Below, piece by piece: positions 1-13,231 of a DNA stretch of 64,000 nucleotides. Below the pieces are notes generated by a model. The model worked only from the letters and a program-made list of their open reading frames with translations. It did not search any database and had not been told where the DNA came from. The stretch's first letter is position 1. Each line of letters starts with the position of its first letter. The stretch is from Selaginella moellendorffii. Taxonomy: Eukaryota > Plantae > Lycopodiophyta. The translations under genes were made by a program, and so were the position numbers. Location of the stretch: positions 500,499 through 564,498 of the forward strand of contig NW_003314323.1 in assembly GCF_000143415.4 (NCBI RefSeq), in the 5' to 3' direction.

Positions 1-139
1 ACCCAAAGATGCCTAACCCCAAGTATTCAAGACCTTTAACCGATTAGAAAATGGAGTGCACTTTTATTTATGGGCCCTTTCCCTCTATATTTAAACTTTT
101 ATGGATCATTTCTTGAGTCGTTCTTTTTGGTTGCTTATA
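1..139 (-). mobile_element. Cassandra-type TRIM LTR fragment, cut by the window edge
   Basis: Colinear with 29914-30053 (acccaa-gatgc-taacccca...gtgcac...tttccctctatattt...ttggttgctta). Confidence 0.8.
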
Positions 140-609
140 TATAGGTGATATAGAAAGAGAAGCTAAAGGCCTCAATCTTCATGAGTAAATAAACAAAAGC
201 CATTAGTAAGGTTTAGATAGACTATTGTAAATAAGCGGCTAGAGTTGTTTATACAATCATGCCCTTTGAATGGAATAAGGAACATTGACAAAGAAGTGAA
301 TGATGTGACAAGTTTATAATAGCTATCCCATAACTAAAGATTTTACCATGCACACAAAATACCGAAGCCAATCTTCCTATACTAACTCAAACTTAAAGAT
401 AAAAAAATGGACAATATCAAAGTCAAAGATAATGATATTTTAGAGACAAAATTATTAGTGAATAAATCTTATATTAGAACATAAAAGTATTCTAGTTAAG
501 TTATCATCTAATAAACCAAGATTATAGGATAGGAACCAGAGGTTAAAGTCACGAGAGTAAAAATTCAATAGTAAGTATATCATCAAGAAAACTCAATAAT
601 AAAATTTAA

Positions 610-1759
610 TGTTGCAAATGTGACTTTGGATATCAAAAGTTACCTCTTGGTTAATCCTTTTAAATATTTTTTCCTTACTACCACAATGGCAAAAGTTTAG
701 TATTGCTAGACCCTGTAAGCCACAAATTTTTCCTTTCCAATTTGAACTCTATGGACCGTCTCTCAAGTCATTCCCTTTGGTTGCTTATAGACCCTTTATC
801 AGTCCCTTTTGTTCAAGTGTTAGTAAACTAGACTTTGCATTTATACTTGGTCGGATGAGCATAAGGACGGAATTCCTAAATGTCTATTTTAGCTAAGTAT
901 ACTTGGCTTAGCTTGTTAGTTCTCTTTTGTTTTGTTTTGCACTAGCTTGACAAGAACCCTCACGTATTGAAACTAGTTCCTTAATAACACTACATAATAG
1001 CTTATTATATCTACCAAACACCTTTGATATTATAATCCTTTGTATTAGTCTCATTCTAGTCCCAAATGTTATTTATGGAAAGTGTCTAGATTTACTCATT
1101 TAGCATATCTACGGAATGTAGAGATTATTTTGAACACAATGGTATTTGTCCCGTGTCCAAATTTGCAATCTAAAAATATTCTATATTTAGTAAGTTTTAA
1201 GCTTGTTTTAGAAACTAACTCCTGGCACTAAAGGTGGCTAAAGGTGAAAGCCCAAAGCATGTGTTCCTTAACGGGGGGGAGGGGGTTGTGGAAGGTTCCA
1301 AATGTATAGTATAGCTCCCATTTGTATGCTTGTCTTTGTTTTATGTCCGACTTGGGTCTAAGCCTAAGTTCTATACCATGCTAGTTGGTGAAGTACCTAT
1401 ATCCTCATGTTAAACCACCAGTATGTTGAAATAGTGCTAAAATCTATTTGATTCTATTTTGCATACTAGTTTTGGCATTAAGATGCTAGATACTCTAGGA
1501 CTATTCCAAGTCACTTTGTGCTCCTGTCCTTTCGCTCCTTGGGTTGTAGGCTCGAGAGTTGTTTCATGCTCCAATGCCTTCACTCCTTGGCTCTATGCTT
1601 AGGAGTTTGGCTCCGTTCTTTTGTTTAGTAGCCCAAAGCTCTAAAACTTGGGTTTTGCACCACTGTCCTTTAGATATGTGGCATGTGGCATGTGGCATGT
1701 GACATGTTGCACATTAAGGGTTTAGGTTCCGCTTCATGATTATCCTATAGTAAATCACA
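610..1759 (+). mobile_element. Old family-A LTR in the opposite orientation, 3'-truncated
   Basis: Starts tgttgcaaatgtgac, the reverse complement of the family-A LTR end. Colinear with the reverse complement of 2750-3852 until it breaks off inside the hairpin (tatcctatagtaaatcac). Confidence 0.8.
714..789 (-). mobile_element. 76-bp mini solo-LTR with gaccc TSD (Cassandra/chromovirus chimera)
   Basis: Termini tgtaag...cttata, flanked by gaccc at 709-713 and 790-794. Removing it restores the host LTR. Confidence 0.75.
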
Positions 1760-2749
1760 CTCAAAGAACACAAAGTATCATTAACTGGCAAGAAGAATGT
1801 ATCACCCAAAAGAAATAACATTTAAATCTATCGAAACTAACAATAGTAACTATTAACAGAGCAAAATGAATATTGTAAGGGCTAATAAATGCTTGTTTAT
1901 GCAACCATCACACTAAGGAATCTAAATAAATCTTAGTTAATAACATAAAGGAACTAAAATTTACTTAAAAAAGTGTCAGCAACATCTTACTAACCAAAAG
2001 ACTAATCCAAAGCAAACTATAAAAAACATGCAGTAATGTAGAAAGCCAAAAACCATAAAAAAGGACAATTAAGCATCATGAAATATCATCAATCATCCTA
2101 TCAATAGTGATGCATAATCATTATTAAATAACAATCTATCATCTCGAAGGACAACAATATAAAGAACCAAACTCCCTAAAGTGTTATACGCTAAAGGATC
2201 CTAAAATCATAACCGGAACAATAAATTGTTTATCAAATGAGACCAAGTTTGAAATTGAGTCCAAGATTGAGTTCGAGACTAAATTTGAGACTGACTCCAA
2301 GACTAAGAAGATCAAGTCCGAGGGGATTTTAAAGGTATAGGGATAGTAAGGTTTAGGAACCAATTTTGAAGGAACTCTCCATTAGTGCTTCCAAACCAAC
2401 TTGGGGTTGGGACTAGGGGTTAAGGACTTTAGATGGGAGTGAGCATAAACTTGATGGTGTTAGAGAGGCCATCCAAGGAAGTGGTTAAAAAAAATTCCCA
2501 CTCCCAAAAGGGAAATCAATTACAGTGCTCTTGGCTTATATAGAATGGTGTTCTATTTGAGTACTGTGTAGTTCATTGGTACTTGCTCTTTTCTAGGGGC
2601 TTGGAGGTCCCCTTGGGAATGGAAGTGGGGGAGTAGGGATATCTATATTGGGCCATTAGGCCATAGTGTTTCCCTCTGAAATCCTAAAATAAAAAGATGC
2701 ATCTAAAGCTTGGGATTTAAAATCAATTGTATCAAGGGACGTTAAGAAA

Positions 2750-5700
2750 TGTAGCGCATGTGGTTTTGACCCTTTATCCTATGGTGATTTACCATAGGAT
2801 AACACCACGAAGCGGAACCTAAACCCTCTTTGTGCCACGTGTCACATGCCACGTGTCCATAAGAACCCGAGGTTCAGGGCCTTGGGCCACTGAACAAAGG
2901 AACGGTACCAAACTCTCAAGCATGGAGCCAAGGAGTGATGGAACCGAACCACGGAGCAACTCCCGAGCATAAAGCCCAAGGAGCAAAGGGATAGGAGCCC
3001 GGAGCGACTTGGAACAGTCCTGGAGCAACCAGCATCCCAATGCTAGAACCAGCACGCAAAACGGAGTCAAACGAAGTCTGGTGCTATTTCGGCATATTGG
3101 TGGCCTAACGTGAGGATATGGGTACTCCACCAACTAGCATGGAATGGAACTTGGGCTTAGACCCAAGCCGGATGCAGAATAAGGACAGGCACGCAAGCGG
3201 GAGCTAGACTATGCCTCAGGTTAGTCGGCCATGCCCGACCTACCCACTATCCCTACTATACATTTGGAACCCCCCACAGCCCCCCCCCCTCCCTTGAGGA
3301 ACACACGCTTTGGGCTTTCACCCTAAGCCACCCTTAGTATCAGGAGTTAGTCTCTGGGACAAGCTCGAAACTTACTAAATATGGAATGTCTTTAGATTGC
3401 GAATTTGGACACGGGACAAACACCATTGTGTTTAGGACGGTCTCTACATTCCGTAGATATGCCAAATGAGCGAATCTGGATGCTTTCCATAAATAGCATT
3501 TGGGACCAAAACGAGACCAACACAAAGGGCATGATAGCGAGGGTGTTTGGCAGACATGGTAAGCTATCATCTAGCAATATTGAGGGACCAATCTCAATAT
3601 CGCAAGTGCAAGCCAATGACTCAAGTTTCTCAAACCAGGTCGAGTATGCTCAGCAAGAAACACATAGGGTTCCTACCTTATGTTTATCCAATCTAACTTC
3701 ATGGTCATTGACCAGTTTCTCAACTAGCTCAAGTGGGAAACTGATAACGGGTCCAGTAATACCGACCTCCTACTATTGTGGCAGTAAGGTAAGAGTGTCC
3801 GTAAGGACTAGCCAACAGGTAACTTTCGATACCCGAAGTCACATTCGCAACACTCTCCCCCCCTAGGGAAGATCGACGTCCTCATCGATGCATACTCGAG
3901 TCTAGAATACCGCCAAGGAAACAACTCTAGAAAAAGTTCACAGTACTCACACTATGTGAGAAATGCACCAACTTAAATGAGTTAAGGGGCAACCTCTTTG
4001 TCTAACGCGGATGCGCTACCAGCTCAGACACCTTCCGGCCGTCGCCGACAAAGAAATGACCAACGGAGTTAGCCACCCTTGCTGCTCTGGGAGTCACCCA
4101 GCTTACAAAAGTGTGATATGCCCCTGCCCGCAGGAACATAGAGAGAGAAGCCAGAGGCCCCAACCCTCCTAAGCAAAGAAACCAAACCCGTCGGTAAGGT
4201 TTAGATAGACTACTGTAAACAGGCAGTTAGAGTTGTTTACACGGTCACGCCCTTGTAACGGAATAAGGAACATCAACAAAGAGGCGGGTTATGTGACCAG
4301 TCGACAGTAGCTACCCTATGACTAGAGATTTCAACATGCACACGAAGTGCCGAAGCCAGTCTGCCTATACTGGCCCAAACCCAAAGATCATAGATGGACA
4401 TTATCAAAGTCAGAGACAATGATATCTTAGGGACTTAATTATCAGTGAGTATATCTTAGATTAGAACACAAAAGTATTCCAAGTAAGTTATCATCCGATA
4501 AACTAGTAGTATAGTACAGGAACCACCAAGATCATCATAAGTGGTAAACATAGGATTCACCATTAAACAAAATTCAATAGCAAGTATATCATCAAGTAAA
4601 CTCAATGATAAAGTTTAACTATTAAAGATTGCAGACAGAATGCCAAACAACTTACAAAAGATAACTCAAAGAACACAAAGTATTATTGACTAGCAAGCAA
4701 AATACTTGCGAATGTATCATCTGAAGGAAATAACATCCCAATCTATCAGAACAAACTTGAGCAATAATCAACAGAATAGAATGAATGTGGTAAGACTAAC
4801 AAACACTCATTCCTGCCAATTATCACAAAAGCTAATCCAAATAGATCCCAGCCAACAACACCAAGGAACTCAAGTTGCCTAAGCAAGTGTCAGCAACATC
4901 CTACTGATGTCTCAAACCCAAGAGACCAATCCAGAGCAAACCACAAAGAACATGTGGTATTGCGAAAAGCCAAAAGCCATCAAAGAGAACAACTAACCAC
5001 CATAAAAGATCATCAATCATCCTATCAATAGAGAAATGTATAATCATTATCGAAGAAAGAATCTACTATCCCGAAGAACAGCAAATCATTTTATACCAAC
5101 AATAATCAAGCAAAACCCTTGACAAGGATAATCAACTATCTTAGATGATAGTCAATCATCACCAATGATTGCTAAATGCAAAGACTAATGTCAACATCGA
5201 AACTAATGAGCTAAAATGCCTTCCCCCAACAACTCCTAACAAATGGAACAATGAGCATGAAAACTCAAATAACCAAAAGCTCGAAGAAGTCTATAGCCAA
5301 ATCTTGCCTAATAATGATCATGAGTCTCGCATGGACTAACGTCAATGCTAAAGAAGAAATCATGGTACAACCCACAATATCCTCCTCAACACATCTATAA
5401 GCTAAACTTCATAATGCAAAGCTAATGAAGAGCATGTCTGCATCAATCCAAAAGCTAAGCATAACAAAGCTATGCTCAACAAGTGATCATCAAACAATCC
5501 TCCATGAATCCATCTATAGCAAGACATAACTCACATCATAACAAACACAAGAAGAATCATCAATGATCGATATATTCCAACTCAAATCCAATAAGGATTC
5601 AAATATTCCAATATCAATCACTAACTCTTCATCTCGTAAAGTTAGTGTTATCCACGACTAAATCACTTTTCAAGGAAAAGCTGAAGCTCAACCCCTATTA

Positions 5701-8700
5701 AATAACCTTGTTTAGAACACAACTAACTCAAACTTGCCACTCAGTTTATTTGAACGTCAACACAGTTGCTAACTAGCAAATGCATGAATGCTAATAACAC
5801 AAAGTTATAGCCAAATCATCAATGCTATCTTTATTAAGACTAATGAAACTCGACATCAATCTTGTGGAGAGACATTTCATTTCACTGAAATCTCAACATC
5901 AACAATGTCAACGACAAGGCATCACTTCAGTGCCACCAACACTAGAACAAAGCTAGAAAAAAGCACGAGTGTATCACCACTCAAAACTCTCTAGCAACCA
6001 AGCTAACCAAAGTCGGAGATACTTTACTCAGTATCCGAGACCAATTTCTCAACAATACTCAGGTACAGATAACACTTCCTCAAGGAGTGAATCACCACGT
6101 CCAAGACTCCATGAAATCCAACACTATGAACTAAACGCAACCAAATGATATCAACAGAGGTAGAGTCGACATGCCAACATGGAAAACCCATGTAAGTCTA
6201 ACGACATGATCCTCCGCAACCCCATTCGGTAAAGCAAGCCCATCACTGATAAATCTTCATCGAGTGAAGCAAGTGTCAACAGTCCTTGGCAAAGTCTACA
6301 AGCAATCACTAGTTGCCAAGCAACTAACCATTACTTTTTTTTCAACTTGCTTTCATGAGACCCAAACACTAAACTCACGTCATTTAGTCATACACTTGTC
6401 CAACATGAACGTGATACCTTCGGTATGAGATAAAAGTTCATTGACAAGCACAAACTAAATGACCACTCGAATCCAACTCAACTGTAATAAGCTCACTAAT
6501 GTATTTAGCCACTAGCTCTGAGCATGCCTTGAAGAGGCTAACTATACGTAATCAACACTTAGTCGAAACTAAAGTGAAGACCACGAGATGGACTCATGTT
6601 GGTACACAACCTCCTCATAGACAAAGCTAAAATGTGGGTACCAACACCTCAAACTCAAACAACTAAGTTGGACATCACCATCCTTAGCCAAGGCGCAGGG
6701 CCACCAAGACCAAGTCAAGATCAGTGAGAGCTCACTACTCTCATAGAGTCTAACGAAATGCAAGATGCAACCTGCCACCGAGCATAATGCTACAGAAGAA
6801 AGGCACAAGAGTCACCTTTCTAGAAAAGTGCAATGGCCACTTTTCTACACTAACTCCAGACTCTATCCAACTCAATTGCCTTAGCCTCAAAAGTTAGCAT
6901 CCCTTTCGGGCCGCATCATACAAATTATTTACTAAGGCCTAAGCTAATTGAAGTCAACTCCAACCCCTTCACTAGTTTGTATTGGCTTTCGAAAACGGAA
7001 TGGTTTTCGAGCAAAGTGATAACAGATCAGCTATTGGAAAAGTCTAAGAAAATTTGTGGAAAATCTTTCTATTCTAGAGAAAGAATGACTCTCAGTCTAG
7101 AAATACAAACTTTCAAGACTCAACCAACTTCCTCCTACTAACAACTTCACATAGGTTCACCTCAACACAAATTCTCATGACCTATAGTATGCTTAAGCCT
7201 CGAATATCTTTTTGCCCATTTTTCCAATATCCAACACCGACATCCGTAAAATGCAAAGTGAACATCCAAGGCTTGATCACGAAGACCACATCTTCGGATA
7301 TCCACATTGCACTAACACTCTTCTTCAACCACCTTCAAGATCCAATGTGAAGCTAAAACACTAACAAGACAAATGACATGGAAAATCAAGCTTTAAGGAA
7401 ACTTCCTCATCACTTAAAATAACAATGCCACTTCCACTAACACAAGTGTTAGCGATGTCAATACCTCAACTACACACCTTCTCCATCCAACAATCTACTC
7501 CAAGTGTTAACGAATCAACTTATGAGCTATAGCAAATGAATGCTACAACTCTTTCCAACACCTTATGGGCAAACCCTCAAGGAAACAAGGAACCAACTTA
7601 AGCTTAGCATAATGGACCATTATCAAGAATCTAGTCAAAGCTACTACAATGCTACTTCGTGCAAGTAGACTAGCTTCACTATCAACCACTTTGGGATTGA
7701 TCATCATTTAACCAAGCAACTTGGTAAACACATTGCTCATTATCACATGGGATATGATATAGAAATCACAATGACTTGATCATCAATCAAGCAACACTAC
7801 GAACAACACCTATGTCATTACTTCAAAGGTTTATGTGAGTATCAAGTGTCAACTCGACTTGAGAAAATGCAACATAAATGCTACACTCCACCAATAGAGA
7901 TTTACAACACTTAACACCACTAACTTTTGTTCACAACACAGACAAGCTCATGCCACTCACTATCCGATCAAACTCAAAACTTAACCCAACACCAAGCTAC
8001 TCAAGGAGCAATAGCTAGGTTCCCCGGAAAAGAATTGAGCATTATAACCCAAGTCTTCCAATAGCGAGCTTAGACAAAATGGTTTAACACTTCACCGCTA
8101 TCCATCCCATGACTCACCACTTGTAAGACTATCATAATCAACATGCATCAAGATAGAGACTCTTGATTGCATAATGTGAATATGAGCAATGAGTCAACAC
8201 CTCATTGCAAATCATTTCTTCAAGAAAAGAAAATGATTTACGTGTTTGATCCTTCGTCCCCGACGACTCTCTTTTCGGTCTCATCTTTGACTACACCTCA
8301 AGCTTGCGTTCGCACTGCCTTCAATCCAATCCAAGAAAAGTTTATAAGAGAGCACGGCAATGATTACTTGAACTAATAGACTAATCCCTATAGTCTTGAT
8401 TGATTCACTTGTAATCATGCCTAGGAAGGATCTACTAGTGCCGTGCTAAACAATTACGGACCAGCCTATTTGCCACTCATAGCAAACCCAGGGAAAGTTT
8501 GCTTTCACCCACAGTACATGGAACAACTCATGGAACCACCGATAGGCTAACATTAATCCTGCCAACTCAAAGTGTAACCTCGAGTTGCTAATGTGCCTTA
8601 CACACGAGCCCAAGCGTAAACTCGTGCTAACAAAGCATCTTAAATCCATCCTATGAGCCCAAGAGCAAGCTCACATTATTAGGTACAAAAGGTAACCAAA

Positions 8701-9922
8701 TCCATACCCAAGGAACAATTGCAAACCCTTTGCACCAAACGTGTACCCACTTGGATCATCATTTTCATCTCTGCGTATGCAACGAGACTAGTTGCCCAAT
8801 CTCATTGAATAGTACTCGCTGAGACTCATTCTCTGATACCAAATGTAGCGCATGTGGTTTTGACCCTTTATCCTATGGTGATTTACCATAGGATAACACC
8901 ACGAAGCGGAACCTAAACCCTCTTTGTGCCACGTGACAAATGCCATGTGTCACATGCCACGTGTCCATGCCACGTGTCCATAAGAACCCGAGGTTCAGGG
9001 CCTTGGGCCACTGAACAAAGGAACGGTACCAAACTCCCAAGCATGGAGCCAAGGAGTGACGGAACCGAACCACGGAGCAACTCCCGAACATAAAGCCCAA
9101 GGAGCGAAGGGACAGGAGCCCGGAGCGACTTGGAACAGTCCTGGAGCAACCAGCATCCCAATGCTAGAACCAGCACGCAAAACGGAGCCAAACGGAGTCT
9201 GGCGCTATTTCAGCATATCGGTGGCCTAACGTGAGGATATGGGTACTCCACCAACTAGCATGGAATGGAACTTGGGCTTAGACCCAAGCCGGACGCAGAA
9301 CAAGGACAGGCACGCAAGCNNNNNNNNNNNNNNNNNNNNNNNNNNNNNNNNNNNNNNNNNNNNNNNNNNNNNNNNNNNNNNNNNNNNNNNNNNNNNNNNN
9401 NNNNNNNNNNNNNNNNNNNGACTTACTAAATATGGAATGTCCTTAGATTGCGAATTTGGACACGGGACAAACACCATTGTGTTCAGGACGATCTCTACAT
9501 TCCGTAAATATGCCAAATGAGCGAATCTAGATGCTTTCCATAAATAGCATTTGGGACCGAAACGAGACCAACACAAAGGGCATGATAGCGAGGGTGTTTG
9601 GCAGACATGGTAAGCTATCATCTAGCAATATTGAGGGACCAATCTCAATATCGCGGGGGTTCTTGATACTAGCAAGTGCAAGCCAATGACTCAAGTTTCT
9701 CAAACCAGGTCAAGTATGCTCAGCAAGAAACACATAGGGTTCCTACCTTATGTTTATCCAATCTAAGTTCATGGTCATTGACCAGTTTCTCAACTAGCTC
9801 AAGTGGGAAACTGATAACGGGTCCAGCAATACCGACCTCCTGCCATCGTGGCAGTAAGGTAAGAGTGTCCGTAAGGACTAGCCAACAGGTAACTTTCGAT
9901 ACCCGAAGTCACATTCGCGACA
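2750..9922 (-). mobile_element. Non-autonomous LTR element, family A copy 1 (LARD-like)
   Basis: LTRs 2750-3852 and 8844-9922 (TG...CA). PBS tggtatcagag on the minus strand at 8831-8841. PPT at 3853-3864. TSD agaaa/agaac (one mismatch). The ~5 kb internal region has no long ORF. Confidence 0.9.
9320..9419. other. Assembly gap (100 N) inside the 5' LTR of element A
   Basis: Run of n characters. Confidence 1.
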
Positions 9923-10317
9923 AGAACTTAGAGGTTTGGTGTGTTTGGTTGCTTATGCCTATAGGGAATATAATTGAACTTTAAAATTAGTTTTACTTAG
10001 GAAGGGGGATTATAAGAGAATTTGGGAATCCGTAGATGGATGGGTAACACCTCGTTTCTTGTGTAGTGAGTAGTTAAACCCAAATAGGACTAAATAGGAG
10101 TTAATACAATAGGCGGGAACTTTGGCAAAATAACTTTACTAAATCCAAGGTAGTAGTGGTAAAATAGACAAAGTAAGTTGACAAATTTGAAAAGAAAAAT
10201 TTATGGCTTACAATTTGGTATTAGAGTCATTTCCTCAGTAGCTAAGGATAGAGGTGAATTGTTGAGTTTAAGATAAAGCATAAGTAAACCAAGGCAAAGA
10301 TAGAACCTCCTTCGGAG

Positions 10318-13231
10318 ATGAAACCTCTTGTCGAACAAAAAGCTATAAATAAAGAATTTTTGTATGAGGAGGACTTAAGTGAGGAAACTTCTAAATAAGA
10401 GTTTGATGGTGAAGTTCAATTGTTTAAAGCTCAATTGGACACTCTGGAAGGACAATTAGTATAGACTAATGCCCTGCAAGAGACCATCATACAAGTTAAT
10501 ACGTGACGAGAAGCAAAAGAAAAGGCAAAAGACTGCAGATGCAAGCAATGTAGAAGCCGTGGATCGTTTGGCAAAGATTGATGTAGAACTAAACAAAACC
10601 AAAATAGAATTAGTCCCTCAACTAGTTCTCAAGTACAAATCAAAACCTCTACTAGTGTTCAAGAGAGTGAATAACTATAAGGTAGTAGAAGATTGATTTT
10701 ATAACATAAAGGATTACTTTCAAGCATTGCAGTTACTGAACTTAGAAAAGGTCCCATGTGCAAAATTATATTTAATAGATAATGCTAAGTCTTGGTGGAG
10801 AATAATAGAGGCAAACAAAATACTGATAGCCATTTAGGACGTGATAAAGATGAGGATTCGTGTAATTTATGGTCCTCCGAATGTTATTCTGCATCTAAAG
10901 GATGAATTGAGTTGGTTGAAGCAAATAGGAATTATTCAAGAATATGTGAATGTGTTTATGGCCAAAAGGATCTTTGTCACAAACGTGGGTGACATAAACG
11001 CATTCCATGCCTTTACATCAGGCTTGTAGACCTAGTCTCGAGGCAAGATGATATATTGGAACCTAATCAATTACAAATAAGTATCAAATGCAGCCAAGGT
11101 GCATTTCAATGATAACCTACACAAAGGGAACACAATAGGGTCGGAGTCCTCGTTTAGCAAAGGAGCTAAATTAAGAGGGATATATAGCAAAGGAAAATTT
11201 AGAAATAGTTTCTCTAAAAATGAGTGGGTTTTGAAAAGGCAAATTCAGTAGCCAGAGAGTAAGTATATAGGGGAGTCAAGAAAAAATGGACACACTGACC
11301 CGAAGAAGGCCAAAGTCAACATAGTTATTAATCGAGTGAAGTCTAAATTAAGGTATATAATTTAGTCTTTAGCTCAAAATACTCATTACATAAGCAACTT
11401 TAGTAGAGAGTCATTTGCAATATCTATTAATCCTCTGAGAGAAGCTTAAAGGTAGTTTTGTGAAAATCCATATTAACACGAGTGCTTCAAATAATTTTGT
11501 GGCTACAAACATAGTCTGGCAAGCCAAACTAATAGTGCAGCAACTGGGTCAACCAAGGATTATAGAGTTTGTTTAAAGTAGCTAAAGCACCAATAAGGTA
11601 TTTTGATAAGTAAAAGTTGAAGTAGGGACATGGAAAATAGACATAGCTTTCACAGTTTTAGATCTTGCAAGATTTGATGTGATCTTTGAAATGGATTAAT
11701 TCAATCAGTTTATGGTAGTGTTGCATGGATAAGATATAGACTTGGTGGTACTGGCAAATGCTTGAGGAGAACAATCCAGAATGGAGGCCCATAATCTAAA
11801 TGTAGGGCAATGTAAAGCTAAAGATTCTTACTTGAACCTAGTGTTCACGAGAGGATAATTCACTAAAGGAACCAAAACAACATTTTTATGCTTACTCTCA
11901 GTAGGGAGTGAGAAAAAGATGGGAACAGAGACTTTAGTGATCCAATAGGTATCAAACCAATTTCAAAATACCATGCAAGAGGAATTACCTTTGGCCTGAT
12001 TGATAGAACATAAGATCAAGTTTGTCAAGGGTGTTAAGGCAGTGGTTTGTCCCCTTTGTTGGTTAAATGAAAAGGAACTCAAGGAGCTCAAGCACTAACT
12101 TAAGGAGTTGGTGAATAAAGGGTATATTAGGTTGAGCAAATTGCCATATAAGGCATTGGTGTTATTTATAAAAAAGAAAAATGGCTCTATGCATAGACTA
12201 TCAGTTGCTCAATAAATATACAAAGAAGAACAAGTACCCTTTACCAAAGATTGAGGACTTGTTCGATAAGTTATGAAAAGTGAAATACTTCTTGAGAATT
12301 GAGTTAAGGTCAGGATATTATTAAATCAGGGTAGAAGAGGAAAATATTGAGAAGACAACCTATTAGATGAGGTATAGAAGCTTTGAGTTTCTAGTGATGC
12401 CTTTTGGGTTGTATAATGCATTGGCAATGTTCTCAATACTAATAAATCATATTTTTATACCTTATTTAAATCATTTTGTGGTCGTCTATATTAACGACAT
12501 CCTAATCTATAGCAAGACACTAAAGTATCATGTTGAACACTTAACAAATGTGTTTGAGAAACTAAGGGAACACACTAAAGATAGCAAATGTGACTTTGTT
12601 TAATAAGAGGTAAAATTTTTCATACATATGGTGGGCTTAAGGCGAATCTCAAGAAGGTCAAAGCAATCCAAGAATGGGAATGACCATCACATATACATAA
12701 GTTAAAGGCATTCTTAGGGTTATGCAACTACTCTCAAAAGTTTATCAAACACTATTTAATAGTAACCCTACCTTTAAAGAACCAAACGAGAAAAGGAAGA
12801 TGGTATAAATAGTAGAATGCGAGATGGCATTTATTCATCTCAAAGAGAAATTAAGAAAGACTCTCGTGTTGCATTATTAAACTTTGGTAAGGACTTCATG
12901 ATAGAAACTAACGTTTTAAACTTTGTGTTGGGCACAGTTTTGAAGCAACACAACCACCTAGTGGCATTTTTTTTGAAAAATTTGGACAAGGCTTAATGAA
13001 AATGGCTTGTCCACAAAAATGAACTATTTGTGGTGGTCAAGATGCTCAATGAGTGGCAACACTACTTTGGGAGGCACTTCAAAGTTGACATGGATAATGT
13101 GGCAATAAAACACTTTTTATCACAACCCAATCAACAAAGAAAATAGGGTGGTGGCCCAATATTTTGGCCAAGTTCAATTGCAAAATTTTGTATAAACTTG
13201 GGAAGAGTAATATTGTGGCAGATGTTCTAAG
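10318..13231 (+). pseudogene. Chromovirus gag-protease-RT-RNase H, with stops and frameshifts
   Basis: Gag motif YLIDNAKSWWR; protease-like IHINTSASNNFV; RT YRSFEFLVMPFGLYNA...VVVYINDILIYS; RNase H end YKLGKSNIVADVLS, split at the element B insertion. Confidence 0.9.

Larger units (their letters stand above)
140..2165 (-). mobile_element. Decayed internal region of a family-A LARD-like element, interrupted by an inverted family-A LTR
   Basis: 140-609 matches ~4130-4620 and ~1760-2160 matches ~4660-5090, with many C>T/G>A changes. Confidence 0.75.

Noticed and set aside
2819-3866. Recurrent short ORFs seen in several places
   Set aside because: They recur only because the LTR is repeated; stops vary between copies and no domain is recognisable.
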